Shown here: positions 51,484-64,000 of the stretch, piece by piece
Position numbering within the stretch: the first letter of the stretch is position 1
Layout: each line of letters begins with the position of its first letter
Source: Octopus vulgaris
Lineage: Eukaryota
Assembly (NCBI GenBank): GCA_951406725.2
Contig: OX597815.1
Span: forward strand, 177,568,001 to 177,632,000
Reading direction: 5' to 3'
Length of the DNA stretch: 64,000 bases
Program-made: the position numbers and the translations under genes
Notes under the pieces: model-generated
The model's input: the letters and a program-made list of their open reading frames with translations, nothing else
The model's database searches: none
What the model was told of the DNA's origin: nothing

Positions 51484-54338
51484 GGTAGATAGATAGATAA
51501 ATAGATAGATAGATAGATAGAATGATAGGTAGATAGATTGATTGATAGATGGATATGCACATATGTATACAAGTGTTTAGATTCATATATATGATAATAC
51601 GCACACATATACGTACATATATGTATGCATATTCATACTTACATATACGTATATGTCATTTACATATGTATGTGTATATATATATATGTGTGTGTGTCTA
51701 TGTGTATGAATGAATATTTATATACCTAACATAAATATTCAAAAATTTAATTCGAAAAACTTATGTTGCAACCAAATACAACTCTGTAGCTAATGGCTCA
51801 TTATTCTATCTAACACGTATGCCTTTATATTTATTGCCATTGTTATCTGATATTTCCACAGTTTTACCGACATATATGACGATCAATTATTTCTTAAATG
51901 GACCACCGTGTTGAGAAGTTCTGTTACATATCCACTTTTTCAATAGTTTTACTTATATCGTTTACTCCGTGGTCTACGTTTATGAACTCGGTCGTTTTAG
52001 TGTAATTTTCTGCAGCTATTTTAATAATAAAATTATAACTGTCCTTGATAAAGCACATAGTAGGGAGAGAGGAAATTTGAACCGGTACCATTTCAAATAT
52101 ATAGAAAGAAAACCTTTGTTTTCATTGCTTAAAATATATTATTAAGAGAAGTGTGCTGTACTATATGATCTTCAGTTATTCCTGAATTTAATACTACTGG
52201 AATTATGAATTCCTAATCCATAACTTATTTAGAGATTGCCTCTAATTAATTTCAAGCATGGTCTCACGCATGCAATGCAGCCTTTCCACTGTCATCGGAA
52301 TCCATGTATCATTAACAAGGTTCATTAATATGTTAAATCTGCTAGTCCCGAATACATTACATCTCTTCGTTAAATATGTACAAATCAACTGGACAATATG
52401 TGTATGCTTGTGTGGACTTGTGAAGCTTTAGTGCTTGTCACCGAATTTTTGCTGATATGCAGCCCCAACACTGAGAACTAATTGCCTTACGATCTGACAG
52501 AGAAGATATGTTAGTTGCATAGAGACTCAACAACACTTGGAGTGGGCTGCTAATTCTATATATTCTGTAATTCACATGACATTCAGATAACGTTAAAATA
52601 TCATATTTTGATTAACGCATCTCTGGAAGACTTCATATTAGCTATTTTAATAGTAATGAAGATTTAATTGGTAAATACTAGTTCAAAGTCAAAATGTTGT
52701 TTCAGGTATTTTGATTTCTGGAAACTGCACTGTGATTTAGTTATGCCATTGGCAAGCATTCGAATAATGCCTGTAACTGAAATTGATTATAATTCTTTCG
52801 AATTATGTGAAGTACTCTCTGTGACAATCTGTTGTAGAATTAGTGGGGAAACTCATAAAAAGAAAAAAATATCAAGGCGCAGAAACAAATATATGTATCT
52901 TATAAAAGCAATACACGTTTCCAATTAGTGGAAACCTTAATCCCATAAGAATCTGTAATCTACTAAATATCTCATTATTAAAGTGTCCGATAAAACATAC
53001 ATGCTCTTCTAACACACAGAATGAATTTAAAAGAGATACTGTGCAAATGAGGAGAAGAAACAACGACGTCAAGTCCCCTATACAACAATACATTAACTAG
53101 ATATTGAGCTACAGCACTTTGAATCAAGTTAATCCCGTTTGTAGTCAGAAACGAAAGAGAATATTAATTTCTCAATATTAGGTTGAATAGAAAAGGCTAT
53201 AATACTCCCCTATTGCTAATCTATTCAGCACTGCAACCATCAGGTGACACAATACAGGTTCAATTAATCAATTTATCTGCATTATCAAGTAATAAATTTA
53301 GATTATTTATATTATTTGCTTCCTCTGCACTTGCGTATATTTACAGAAACGTATTTATCCGCCTTATAAACCCAATGGCAGCCTCTGTCTCCCAACATTT
53401 CTACGGTCCTTCTCTCGTACTCTCTATATTCACACAAACATTAATACACGCACACACACACACACACACATAAATATATAATAACTATTTATGTGTATGT
53501 AATAAGTTATTAGATAGGTAGATAAATAGTTACGTACATACATAGATACATACATACATAGATACATACATACATGCATGCATACATACATTCATACATA
53601 CATACATACATACATACATACATACATACATACATACATACATACATACATACATACATACATACATACATGAAGAGAGAGACAGAATCGAAGTGATGAC
53701 TGGACGTCGATTTTTCGGTTGTTTTGACGAGAGGCGCTCGCATTCACTTATACACACGTACACAGAGAGAAAAGGAAACAGAGAAAAGTGTGTGAGAGAG
53801 ATAAAGATAGAGAGCGAGAGACAGAGACAGAGATAAAGAGATAGAAACCGAGAGAGAGAAACATTAGCTGTATCGAAAGTGCACCCGATTGACTGAGGGG
53901 CATTTTATCTCTGCGAACATCGAACGCATAACATAAACAAGGAGAAAGAAACACGACAATAAAGTGAAATAGTTAGAATAGATATCTCCATTTTTATGGC
54001 ACAAATACAGAGCGACCGACCATTATTAATAATAACAGAAATTATTGCAACTCTTCATCGAAACTACAACTCTATTTAATCCTTCATATGGCAATTATGA
54101 GAAACGCTCTGCTAAATGTTATACGTTCATGTTGATATATAATAAAAGCAGACTCCTGGCATTAACTTCCGCCAAATGGACAAGGTCCGAATCAGCGAGG
54201 CCATTTGCCGCGGCCTAACGCTTACACATACTTCCATCCATTCATTCTATTCATCCATACACCCATACTTACATATATACATACACACATACATATATGC
54301 ATATATACATACACACATACATATATGCATATATACAT

Positions 54339-54382
<44 letters not shown>

Positions 54383-54421
54383 ACACTCACTCACACGCAC
54401 ACACACACACACACACATATA

Positions 54422-54546
54422 CAGATAAGAAAAGATATGGAGGCAAAAATTAACAATTAGTTGATGATTGGTATTAAATGGTCATTGTTTAATACCAATG
54501 ATCAACTTCTAATTGTTAATTATTGCTCCATTGATTTTCTCATCTG
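54422..54546. repeat. Imperfect ~58-bp-arm foldback
   Basis: aattaacaattagttgatgattggtattaaa / tttaataccaatgatcaacttctaattgttaatt, with further outer pairing. Confidence 0.7.
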
Positions 54547-55390
54547 AATATATTAAACCACGGTTTACCATTTAAGTCTCCAAATGATGTTAACCTCATT
54601 ACAAAGCCTTAACATGGTTAGGTAATACACAAATTGTGCCTACGGGTACATTTATCCATTAGACAGTTTTATAAGCTCTAACTTATAATTTTATATATAT
54701 TATATATATACATGTACACTTTACCAGATATTTCAGCGCTTGGATCAACATCGTTCATCCTGCGCATTTTCTCTGCTAAATCGTTAATAGGTATATTCAT
54801 ATCAGCATAAACACACATATATATGATATTGCATTCTTTTCAAACCTTTCGCAGGATGATAATAACCGATTTTCTTACTTAAATTCCATGGTTATTCCGT
54901 AAAGTTAAGTCCCATAAGAGTTTAGACTGATCATTCGCTGCCACACTGCCTGGTTAACGGTGGTACCTTTTTCTGCTTTCTTCTAATTTATTTTTACGCA
55001 TCAAGTCTTAGTGTAATGCCTGCCTTGGCAATAGTGTCACCGTTTATATTACATTTACACGAAAACGACTACAAGATCTAATCTGTCGCGTTACACTTTC
55101 TGCACCTTCTTTACATGCCCGCTGCCAGCCGAAATCAGTTTTACTGTCATAATTCTTACATGAACGTCACGTTTTGAAGATTGCGGCCCTCTCAGTCACT
55201 CCATCGGTGGCCTATTCAGAATTATAAAGAGCGCATCAAGGGAAGAACATGAAACTCGGAATGAGTGTTTCTTTATTTCGTCTGTAACGCACGTTTCTGC
55301 GATCAGTATCCGGAACGATAAACGATGTTAAATAGTAAATACGATTTGAAAAGAGGATTATAGATGTATATACTCTATATGTACATAGGT

Positions 55391-55426
<36 letters not shown>

Positions 55427-55429
55427 ACA

Positions 55430-55547
<118 letters not shown>

Positions 55548-56629
55548 TCATATATATATACATATATATATATATATAATATATATATATATATATCACA
55601 TACAGACATACATATATATGTGTGTGTTTCTGTGTGTGTGAGTGTGTGTCTGTTGTCTGTGTGTCTTTGTGTGTGTGTGTCTGTGTGTGTGTTTATAAAT
55701 ACATGCATACACAAATTCATAAGGCTACACATGCTTTCACTTTCGTTATCAGACTTATACTTATCTACAATTATATTTCAATATTCAAAGTCGCCCATAT
55801 TAACCGGCAATATTTCTGTGACTTTTCAGCTTCATACCTTGGTCATGCTTTTCATCTATAAATGTACACGATTGGTGTTTTTAAGGTGCATGTTTCCTTT
55901 GTTTGTACAGCCAAACCTGCCAACGTACTTAGATACATACAGAGAAACATTGCGTTTGATGGATACATAGTCAGAGCGGTAGACAATTAAATATGAATTT
56001 GCTTCGTAATTATAAAAAGTGAGAAAACTCAGTCAAATCAGAGGTTTCAGTATTATAGCCACATCAACACGGGGATACGCTAACAAACAGATAAATATTC
56101 AGAAATCAGGATACAAAAGTACAAAATGTTGTATTACAATAATCATCTATAAAAGAAAAGAGACACACTAGTTAAATTTCAGTAAAATGTCTTTAAGGAA
56201 AAGAGGTATTTTTTCTAAGTGTAAGAGAAAGAAAATAGTTGCGAGATTATAAAGAACATAGACGGTTGTACTGCTAATGGCGCGATATGATTTAATTTTG
56301 ATATCTCACAGCAAAATTAATGTTCAAAGTGATTATAATGTCATTTTGAGTTGTTTCCCCAAGTAAGACATAACAGTCACAAGCATCTTATGCTCCAGGG
56401 ATCAAAGTCTGGAAGAATACAATATAAATAACGGAGATTAATAATTCGTGGTGCTCACGTGGAAAAAATCTAGTTCAAAATGTTATGCAGCAAAATGCTT
56501 TGATAACGTAGAGTGCTGGATTTTGTGGAGAGCAGATGGATTTTTGTGTTGTATATATTTGTGTTTATATATGTTCTTGCTGAACATATACAAAATTGAT
56601 GAAGGTTAACACATTGATATTGAACGGAG

Positions 56630-56684
<55 letters not shown>

Positions 56685-56824
56685 AAAGTACGATTTATTC
56701 GTGATCAGAGGCGTTCGTAAACCGAGGTACTATTGTATGAAATGAATATGAGAAAGACAGGAGATAAATTACGATTTATTCGAGATCAGAGTATCAGAGT
56801 TGTTCGAAAATCGAGGTTCTACTG

Positions 56825-56871
<47 letters not shown>

Positions 56872-56873
56872 CT

Positions 56874-56920
<47 letters not shown>

Positions 56921-57760
56921 TGTGCATCTGTTTGCCGTTTTAAAATGTTACTGAACCCATTCGGTGGACTACGAAAATACGAATACGCTGAGTTATTGGG
57001 AGAAACAAAACTTCATACGCTGCACTGCTGGCTTGTGTGTGTGTGTGTGTGTGTGTGTATCTGCAAGTGTGAATTATAATCTTACGACAAGCTATGTCAT
57101 AAGCGGCTTTTAACTGCTAATTTTTTCAGAATTGCTTTACATTTCGTGATAATGCACTTTTAATGGGTATGAATATAAATTAATCTTCTCTCCACATAAG
57201 CATATGTGAGATCTATTTTAGATGCCGATACTTACCCCAAATGATAATATCCATCTACAAACAAATTAATAAGGTTTTAACTGCCGACTTGGGAATAAAT
57301 ATGCTGATGAAGGTGAAAGGTGATCAGAGAATGGTCATGCTTGCAGCAAGGAAGAACGATATGTAAATGTCTTGCCACAGTTCTTTATCTACTTTCCTCT
57401 TAATCTGAATGAATTAGTTTCATCGATGATGTATGTGATGAAACGAAAATGAATGCTATGCACATGGCTAAGCACTTTCTGAATTTATTGGAAATTTTAT
57501 GCAATAATTTCCATTAGTCGTGGCATAGTTTTTTTTTTTTTTTGATTTTCCTCCCCAGATGCACCTGGATAGTCTATCTTAAAAAAACTTGTTGAAAAAT
57601 AATAAAAATGGCCATCGATTCTATAAGCAAATATTTTCCACATAACTCCCAAATGGATGAATTCGTTTTGGAATTATGAGGTTCCCTAGTGCCTTCAAAT
57701 TAAATATTTCACAAAGAAATATCTAGCATCATTCGAGAGACTGAGTTTTAAAACTAAAAC

Positions 57761-57968
57761 TTTACTCTTTTACTCTTTTACTTGTTTCAGTCATTTGACT
57801 GCGGCCATGCTGGAGCAGCGCCTTTAATCGAGCAACTCGACCGCGGGACTTATTCTTTTGTAAGCCGAGTACTTATTCTATCGGTCTCTTTTGCCGAACC
57901 GCAAAGTGACGGGGACATAAACACACCAGCATCGGTTGTCAAGCAATGCTAGAGGACAAACACACACA

Positions 57969-58026
<58 letters not shown>

Positions 58027-58172
58027 CATATATACGACGGACTTCTTTCAGTTTCCGTCTACCAAATCCACTCACAAGGCTTTGGTCGACCCGAGGCTAT
58101 AGTAGAAGACACTTACCCAAGGTGCCGTGCGGTTAGTAGACAAGCTACTTACCACACAGCCACTCCTGCGCC
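57761..58172 (-). mobile_element. SINE family B, near full length
   Basis: Reverse complement of the family B head, internal (TA)n and tail. Confidence 0.88.
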
Positions 58173-58464
58173 TACATAACTTTTTCTCACAAATACACAC
58201 TTTTTCTCACAAGTACACACTGCGCACGTCAACAGATTAATTCTTAGGCTGTGACAGTCACATAATTGATAGCAAACTCATAAATGAAACGATATACTTC
58301 TTGAGTATAATCTCAATTTGCGAATTTGGGAATGTGCAACTAACAACCCTCACATTTACATCCACTAACAACTTTTATATATCCCGCATGTAAAAAATAT
58401 CAATATTTGATCTACTGCCTCTTAATTTTGCCGTTGTATTAAAAGTAAGTTAAAAGTGGAGATA

Positions 58465-59422
58465 ATTACCTTCGCCAAGGAAGAAGGTTATGTTTTCATG
58501 GACGTTGGCTTGTCCGTCTCTGTGCAAGATAACTCAAAAAGTCTTGAACGGTATTTGATAAGACTTGCAGGAAAAGTTGACAATGACACATGAAATAGAT
58601 GATGAAATTGTGGTAGTGATCCGGGAAATTTTATGGATTCTTGAAGGATTTTTCATTTGTTATATTGGCCCTGCTCTCTTCAACATTGTGCCAGACACAC
58701 ATAAAGGGGGACAGTAACTTCACGGCATTCAAACGATCCCTAGATGATTACCCCCAACAAATACCAGATACACCACCCACACCCTGATATGTCTCTGAAA
58801 ACAATAGCCCTCTGCTTGAATGGGATACGGTTCCCCAGAGCTGACTGTGTATCTCTTCCAGGTCGTGCTATTAAATTAGACATGGCCTGAGTCAACTTCG
58901 GCCGAAACGTATCTAAGTAATCTAATCTATGTTGTAACCTTTTAATCAAAGCATGACAACGTGGGTAGAGGCTGATATCTTAACATTTTTGATGGTCTTA
59001 AGTATAAAAAAAAATATTAAAGATTTATATAGAACTACATTCAGAATATGTCTATAAGATATTGTGTTTAGACCTGGTTTCTATCCTCAAACTGTTCCGT
59101 CTTGTAGATGCAGTTTTTTTTTTTTAATACAGCACTCCGAAATTAGAAAAATCAAAAATCTGCAACAATCTCGGTCCCATGAGTATCGGATAATGGATTT
59201 TCAACTGTATAAAGAAACGGATTGTGGTGATCGTAGTTTTGACGGTGATTGTGGTGAAACCAGAGACAGTGTTGATGATGACGATGGTCGAGATAAGTAT
59301 GGGAGGAGGTTATGTTTTTGCCAGCGTTGGTTTGGGAAATTGGGCGATTTTCAGCCTGCGTGTATATGGGTGGAAATGAGCTGCTTGGCGGAGGTCTGCA
59401 CTCTCCGAGTACTTTTCTAGTT
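58465..59422 (+). mobile_element. Helentron-associated non-autonomous element (HINE/DINE-like) termini, possibly composite
   Basis: Subterminal IR accttcgccaag (58468-58479) / cttggcggaggt (59384-59395); 3' hairpin gcactc-tcc-gagtac followed by ttttctagtt. Confidence 0.55.
58655..58930 (+). mobile_element. 3' fragment of the same CR1/L2-group LINE as 30735-32905
   Basis: GPALFNIVP...FKRSLDD peptide; tail ccaggt(c/g)gtgctattaa(a/c)ttagacatggcctg...ggccgaaac shared with ~32846-32897. Confidence 0.7.
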
Positions 59423-59569
59423 ATTTTATTAAATGACATGGGTCATTCAAACTATTCGGCTGACGGACTAACGCTTCCTTTTATAATACGTCTTCTTGGA
59501 TTTCTTCATTGCAGAGTTCCAAACAAAAGTAAGTTTGCATCATTACTTTGTTGATAATAGAAAGAAAAT

Positions 59570-60480
59570 GAGGTCCTAAATGCATGGTCGGGTTTAGGTT
59601 GTTCATTGAGATGACGCAGTTGATCAGAGGATCAGGTCGCGTGGCTGAAGGTGTTTAGAGAAGGAGTAACTTGTATCGAATACAAACCACGAAGTGGGAG
59701 ACAACGACTTCGGTCAATCACAAGATTCGACAATGAGAGAGCAAAGTGATTTGCGTGCCTGAAACAATTCATTTGTGGACGGCTTCATGCATTGGGAAGT
59801 ATATACAAATTAGTTACCTCAGCAGTTGATGTTCGATTTGAAGATAAAGCTGGAAGATGCCAACTCTGCTATTCTGAAAGTGTTTCAACCTAAAGAAAAC
59901 ACGGTTTTCCTCGATCTAGTGGGGGTAGAGATAACGTCGATATGCATTTATGATCTGGGAACGAACGATCAGTTCAGGGAATAGATCCAGTTGTCTCCAA
60001 TGCCTAACAAATTCATACGTCAGCGATTTGCGTCGAAAGTCGTGGTGGCTGTTTGTGGGGATTTCAAAGGTCTCACTCTGCTTGATTTTCTGGTATCGTG
60101 AACCAGAATTTGTACCGTGAACGGCGAGTGGTACATTAAGTCTGGAAAACAGATTAGAGAAGCTATTCAGTGGAAGAAGCCTGGACAAGCATCCCAAAAT
60201 ATTCCCTATGATAATATGCGAATACATGTTGGGGACAAAATCAAGCAACAGAAAATTAGACTGACCAGCGGTTTCCTACCTGCCTTACAGCCCGGATTCT
60301 GCACGCTATGACATCCAGCAGGTCGAACCTATGAAAAGCAGTGTTAAGGACATGAATTTCTTGACAAAGACGGCGAGAAAGTGAGTGAAGAAATGGATGA
60401 AACGATTAATCCTCGAGATTATTTTTTAAATATTTGAGAATGCACGTCATCCGGTTGCACAGCTTGTGATGAATAATACT
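59570..60480 (+). pseudogene. Old, decayed mariner transposase
   Basis: WLKVFREG...KPRSGR, ASKVVVAVCGDFKG..LLDFL, TVNGEWY, YDN..H and PYSPD remnants. Confidence 0.7.
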
Positions 60481-61339
60481 ATCTCGCGAAATATCTTGGA
60501 CATAATTTTTTACACAAGGAGATTTATTTCTGCTACACATGCACTTGGAACGTCACATGTAAACTTTTAAAATGTCATAACCACTTTTGCATTGCGTTCC
60601 GTTTTACCTTTATACAGGGAAGACATTTTGGAAACCTGCAATGGCAAAATATCTTCTAATTTCTTTTTTGAAGTCTGTTATTCACATTCGTGTATATTTT
60701 TATTCTTGATATTCTGCATAAATTCACCTTTTATCAGGGTTAAAGTGATGTCGATGCAAATGGTTAAATTTATTTTTTATTTTACAACCATTTGTAAATG
60801 ACACTCCTGGGGATAATTGTCCCTCTTCGTTCATTTCACTTCTGATTCTTATCAATTCAATCAAACTTCACTGAACAACAACTGCCATTCGATTATGTTA
60901 TGCGTTGTATTGATGACTACTATTTCTCCCTACATTTCCATAGTATTGACATTATTATTGATTTCAAGATTGCAATGTTTTCGCCAGTTATTAACTTTAC
61001 ATACTTGGATTCCAAACTGATACACCATTGCAACTGTGTTCGTATAACTTCACCTGTCTCTCTTATACCTTTCACTATTAATGTTATTATCATCTATCAT
61101 TGTTCTCGGATTTCATTAATTTTTTGCATAAAAGTTTCGTTTGGATTTTTGCGACAGATAACGTCTGTTGTATTTCGGTTTTTCATGCGAAATACAATGA
61201 CTAATGCTCATACTAAATGTTATTTAACTGAGTCAGACTCTAACTGCTAAATATGTTATTTATATTCTCCAATTATTATTCCTTCTTCTGTCAAATAAGC
61301 AAATGACACAAGCCTCACACCTGTTATATATGTTATATA

Positions 61340-62100
61340 AAAAAATGTCTGCAATGTTTGGAGGCAATAACCTGCTTTAATCGAATAAGTGGCTCTAAAC
61401 TATCGTAATGGCCACAGGATGAATATCAGAGTAGAACGACACTATTTGATGAATGATATATCCTGTCACACTTTGCAACTGAGTTTTGAGATCTCTTCCC
61501 AATAAGACTTATAGAACTCTTACAGAACTTTTTATACTTATAATTCGTTACTCGCAAAACGTTCTCCTTCTGACCTTAAGTAATTCAATCACATTAGTAA
61601 CTGAATGAAACACCTTAAAAAAAACATTATTTATTTATGAATCTGCTTAATGACTTCATTGCATATCCGGTCATATACATTCAGCACACAAATGTAATGG
61701 CTGGATGCTGGGAATTTCAATTAAACATAAACGCTGTGATCTTTTAGTCTTTCCAAACGTTTCTACGAAATTCACCTTGGTTGCATTCCGATTTCTCCTC
61801 ATTTTTCCAGGCTCCACCAACGCTCATCCAACTGTTTGTAATTACATAATGAATGCTCTCTTTTCCCAGGTATTTCTTCAATTGTCTCCCAGTAAAACAT
61901 TTCACTTCTCATCCTATGGAGGTTTCTTGTTCAAAAGCCTATGCATTTTTTCCTAATTCTTTAATCGAAAGTTCTTGTCAGACTTTTCGATTTCAGTGTG
62001 TGTCACCGAGGCAATTTCGACCTACAATGTTTAACTTGCTTCAAAGCAACAGATTTCTTATCACAAAACCTTTTGCTAGTCCAAATACTCACTAGCAGCT
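61340..62100 (-). pseudogene. Very old LINE RT remnant
   Basis: KYLG motif on the minus strand near 61870; otherwise highly decayed. Confidence 0.25.
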
Positions 62101-64000
62101 TCCTCAGTGCCATGTGTTCTAACCAGAGAAGTCGGAAACCGAGAGATATATTTTCCACGTATCGGTGTAGTATGCCAATAAAGTAATCGTTGAAAATGTA
62201 AAGGACACCATTTGCATGCAAAACTCCAAATATATTTGCATATAACTTACTCACTTTTTTATACCGTAAAATTAAATATTTACAAAAACCGCTTTATTCT
62301 GAACGATACGCAATAGGTTTGAGCTCATATTACATCTATCGCTTTAGATCATGAAGGACATGCGTGAAAAGAGAATAGCAAGAAGATATACCGAAGAGTA
62401 TTGGTTGAATTTTTTATAATAATTCCACTACATCTAGTTTGACTGGATATTGCATTAGAAATTTCAGCATCTTTAGAATGTGTAGCCACCAAAACGGCCT
62501 TTTATCTCTCACCGTACCTACATCTCTCCATCTTAACAGAAACTTGGACTTCGTAGTTTTGTAGTAGCAGTGATGACAATATTCAACAAAGCTTTATCCA
62601 CATTCATTTGTAGACAGAAAATACATCTTATATAAAGAACGTATTTTATGTCTAGAAATATTTATTCTTCACAGCGCTCTCAAAATGTCAGAACGACATA
62701 CATTTCACTAAACTATAAAAATATTTACATTGACAAATTGTCTCCTTCCCCTCAGCTTTTTCTGTTACTTACAACCATTATTTACACTCATCTCTTGTTT
62801 CGTAGATATCTGGCTCTGTGACTTGCAGCACCTGAATAAACTGTTGTTACATTCCTTTTACATGACAAGAAAGAGTTGGAAATTGGTATTAATTTGCCTA
62901 CAGAACAATTTTGTGTTATCATTATTAAAAAATGTAGACGTGGATTTGACAAAATATAGATTTCAGTGCATGTTTGTATTCCGTTCACTTGCCATTGGAT
63001 TTGCAAGTTTCAGCTGTAACATGGAACATCTATCGTTGTAGTTGGATTTTAAGTCTGCAAGTGAGCCAGAAGCACACGTAATTGTAAGCTTCTGTCATAA
63101 AATGAAAAATAATTACCTATGATGGTGTGTGTAGTTATGCGTTGTGCAACTGTGTTGTTATCCTTGTCATGCAGACGACAATGCTGGTCTTCTCAAGTGG
63201 CGTGTGGGAAACTACTGCGATATCCTAAAAATCCTCTTCTTGAACAAAGTGGACACGAAAGTTTCACTGTTGCCATGAATGTGCATCCTAGCTGAGGTTC
63301 ACTTCGCATGCAGTTAGGCTGGAATCAGGAATCAGACATAAAGTAATTATACTGTATGCTATTCGAGAACTTATACTTGTACTGCAACAAGGTGTTCTGC
63401 GCTGTCCATTCACGCACTTCCTGGGCTTCAGCATCTGACCGGCTAAAATTTCCGACTCGATATACTATGTCTCATTGTCCTTGCACCCTGCATCATTTGA
63501 AAGTAACACCTCTCAGCTAGGTGCTAAATATCAGTAAGCCATGATCTTTGGCTTAGATATGATAGTGCCACCTATATTTTCTCTCCCCTTAGTTACACTG
63601 TCGTTGTAGCTAACGACATAGCTTTGTCTATGGTTTCCTTATACTATTCTTGGCTGTGCTGCACTGAACCTCTCCAGCGACACTACGGAATGGACGGTTT
63701 TGTCACATTCTTAACGTTGTGATTGATTCCGCGTTCGGTTGTGAATAGACTGGGGGAATACCTCAACCACGGCATGGAAAAGCAACTGATATCTTGTTGA
63801 GGAATTCCAATTCAGCATAGCACTCAATATATCAAGCCGTTTGTCAGGTTGGAATTTAAGATGTGTCGTCATATTTGAATGAGAGTAGGACCATTCAGAA
63901 AACAAAGATCTCCTACATATACTTGGATCATTGAACGGTAATTCAATGACTCTTAATTATTTACATACATAAATAGAAATTGTTCATCAAAAGCATTCGC

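Noticed and set aside
56683-56826. Two copies of a Tigger/pogo-like TIR end (cgaggt(a/t)cta(t/c)tg-TA)
   Set aside because: No opposite terminus or transposase found; too fragmentary to call
57300-57330. CTGATGA-aggt-GAAA (similar motif at 23611-23632)
   Set aside because: No pairing stems; expected by chance
63711-63912. Possible terminal coding exon on the minus strand (64-aa ORF after an AG)
   Set aside because: Weak polypyrimidine tract and no recognisable protein motif; cannot be supported without transcripts

Overview
AT-rich eukaryotic non-coding DNA full of (TA)n/(CA)n/(TAGA)n/(TAA)n microsatellites. The tRNA-derived SINE families resemble those I associate with octopus genomes, so cephalopod origin is an inference. 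I found no convincing host protein-coding gene; most ORF-track entries are microsatellite artefacts. The window is mostly transposon debris: mariner and Tc1 DNA transposons (one near-complete mariner, one IR/DR Tc1), Helitron/Helentron elements, CR1/L2-like, RTE and R4/Dong-like LINE fragments, Penelope-like (PLE) RT and GIY-YIG remnants, and many SINEs. The main signal is a set of short non-coding inserts in microsatellites that carry hammerhead ribozyme (HHR) motifs. (i) A near-identical 534-bp tandem-plus-inverted retrozyme-like array with four intact type I HHRs (47771-49655). (ii) A tRNA-headed SINE-like element with an HHR-bearing tail, inserted as an inverted pair (41139-41929). (iii) Three copies from at least two sequence families of an HHR whose strands occur in a non-circularly permuted, pseudoknotted order (7237-7312, 46819-46899, 50372-50450). 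All RNA structures were folded by eye and have not been tested.
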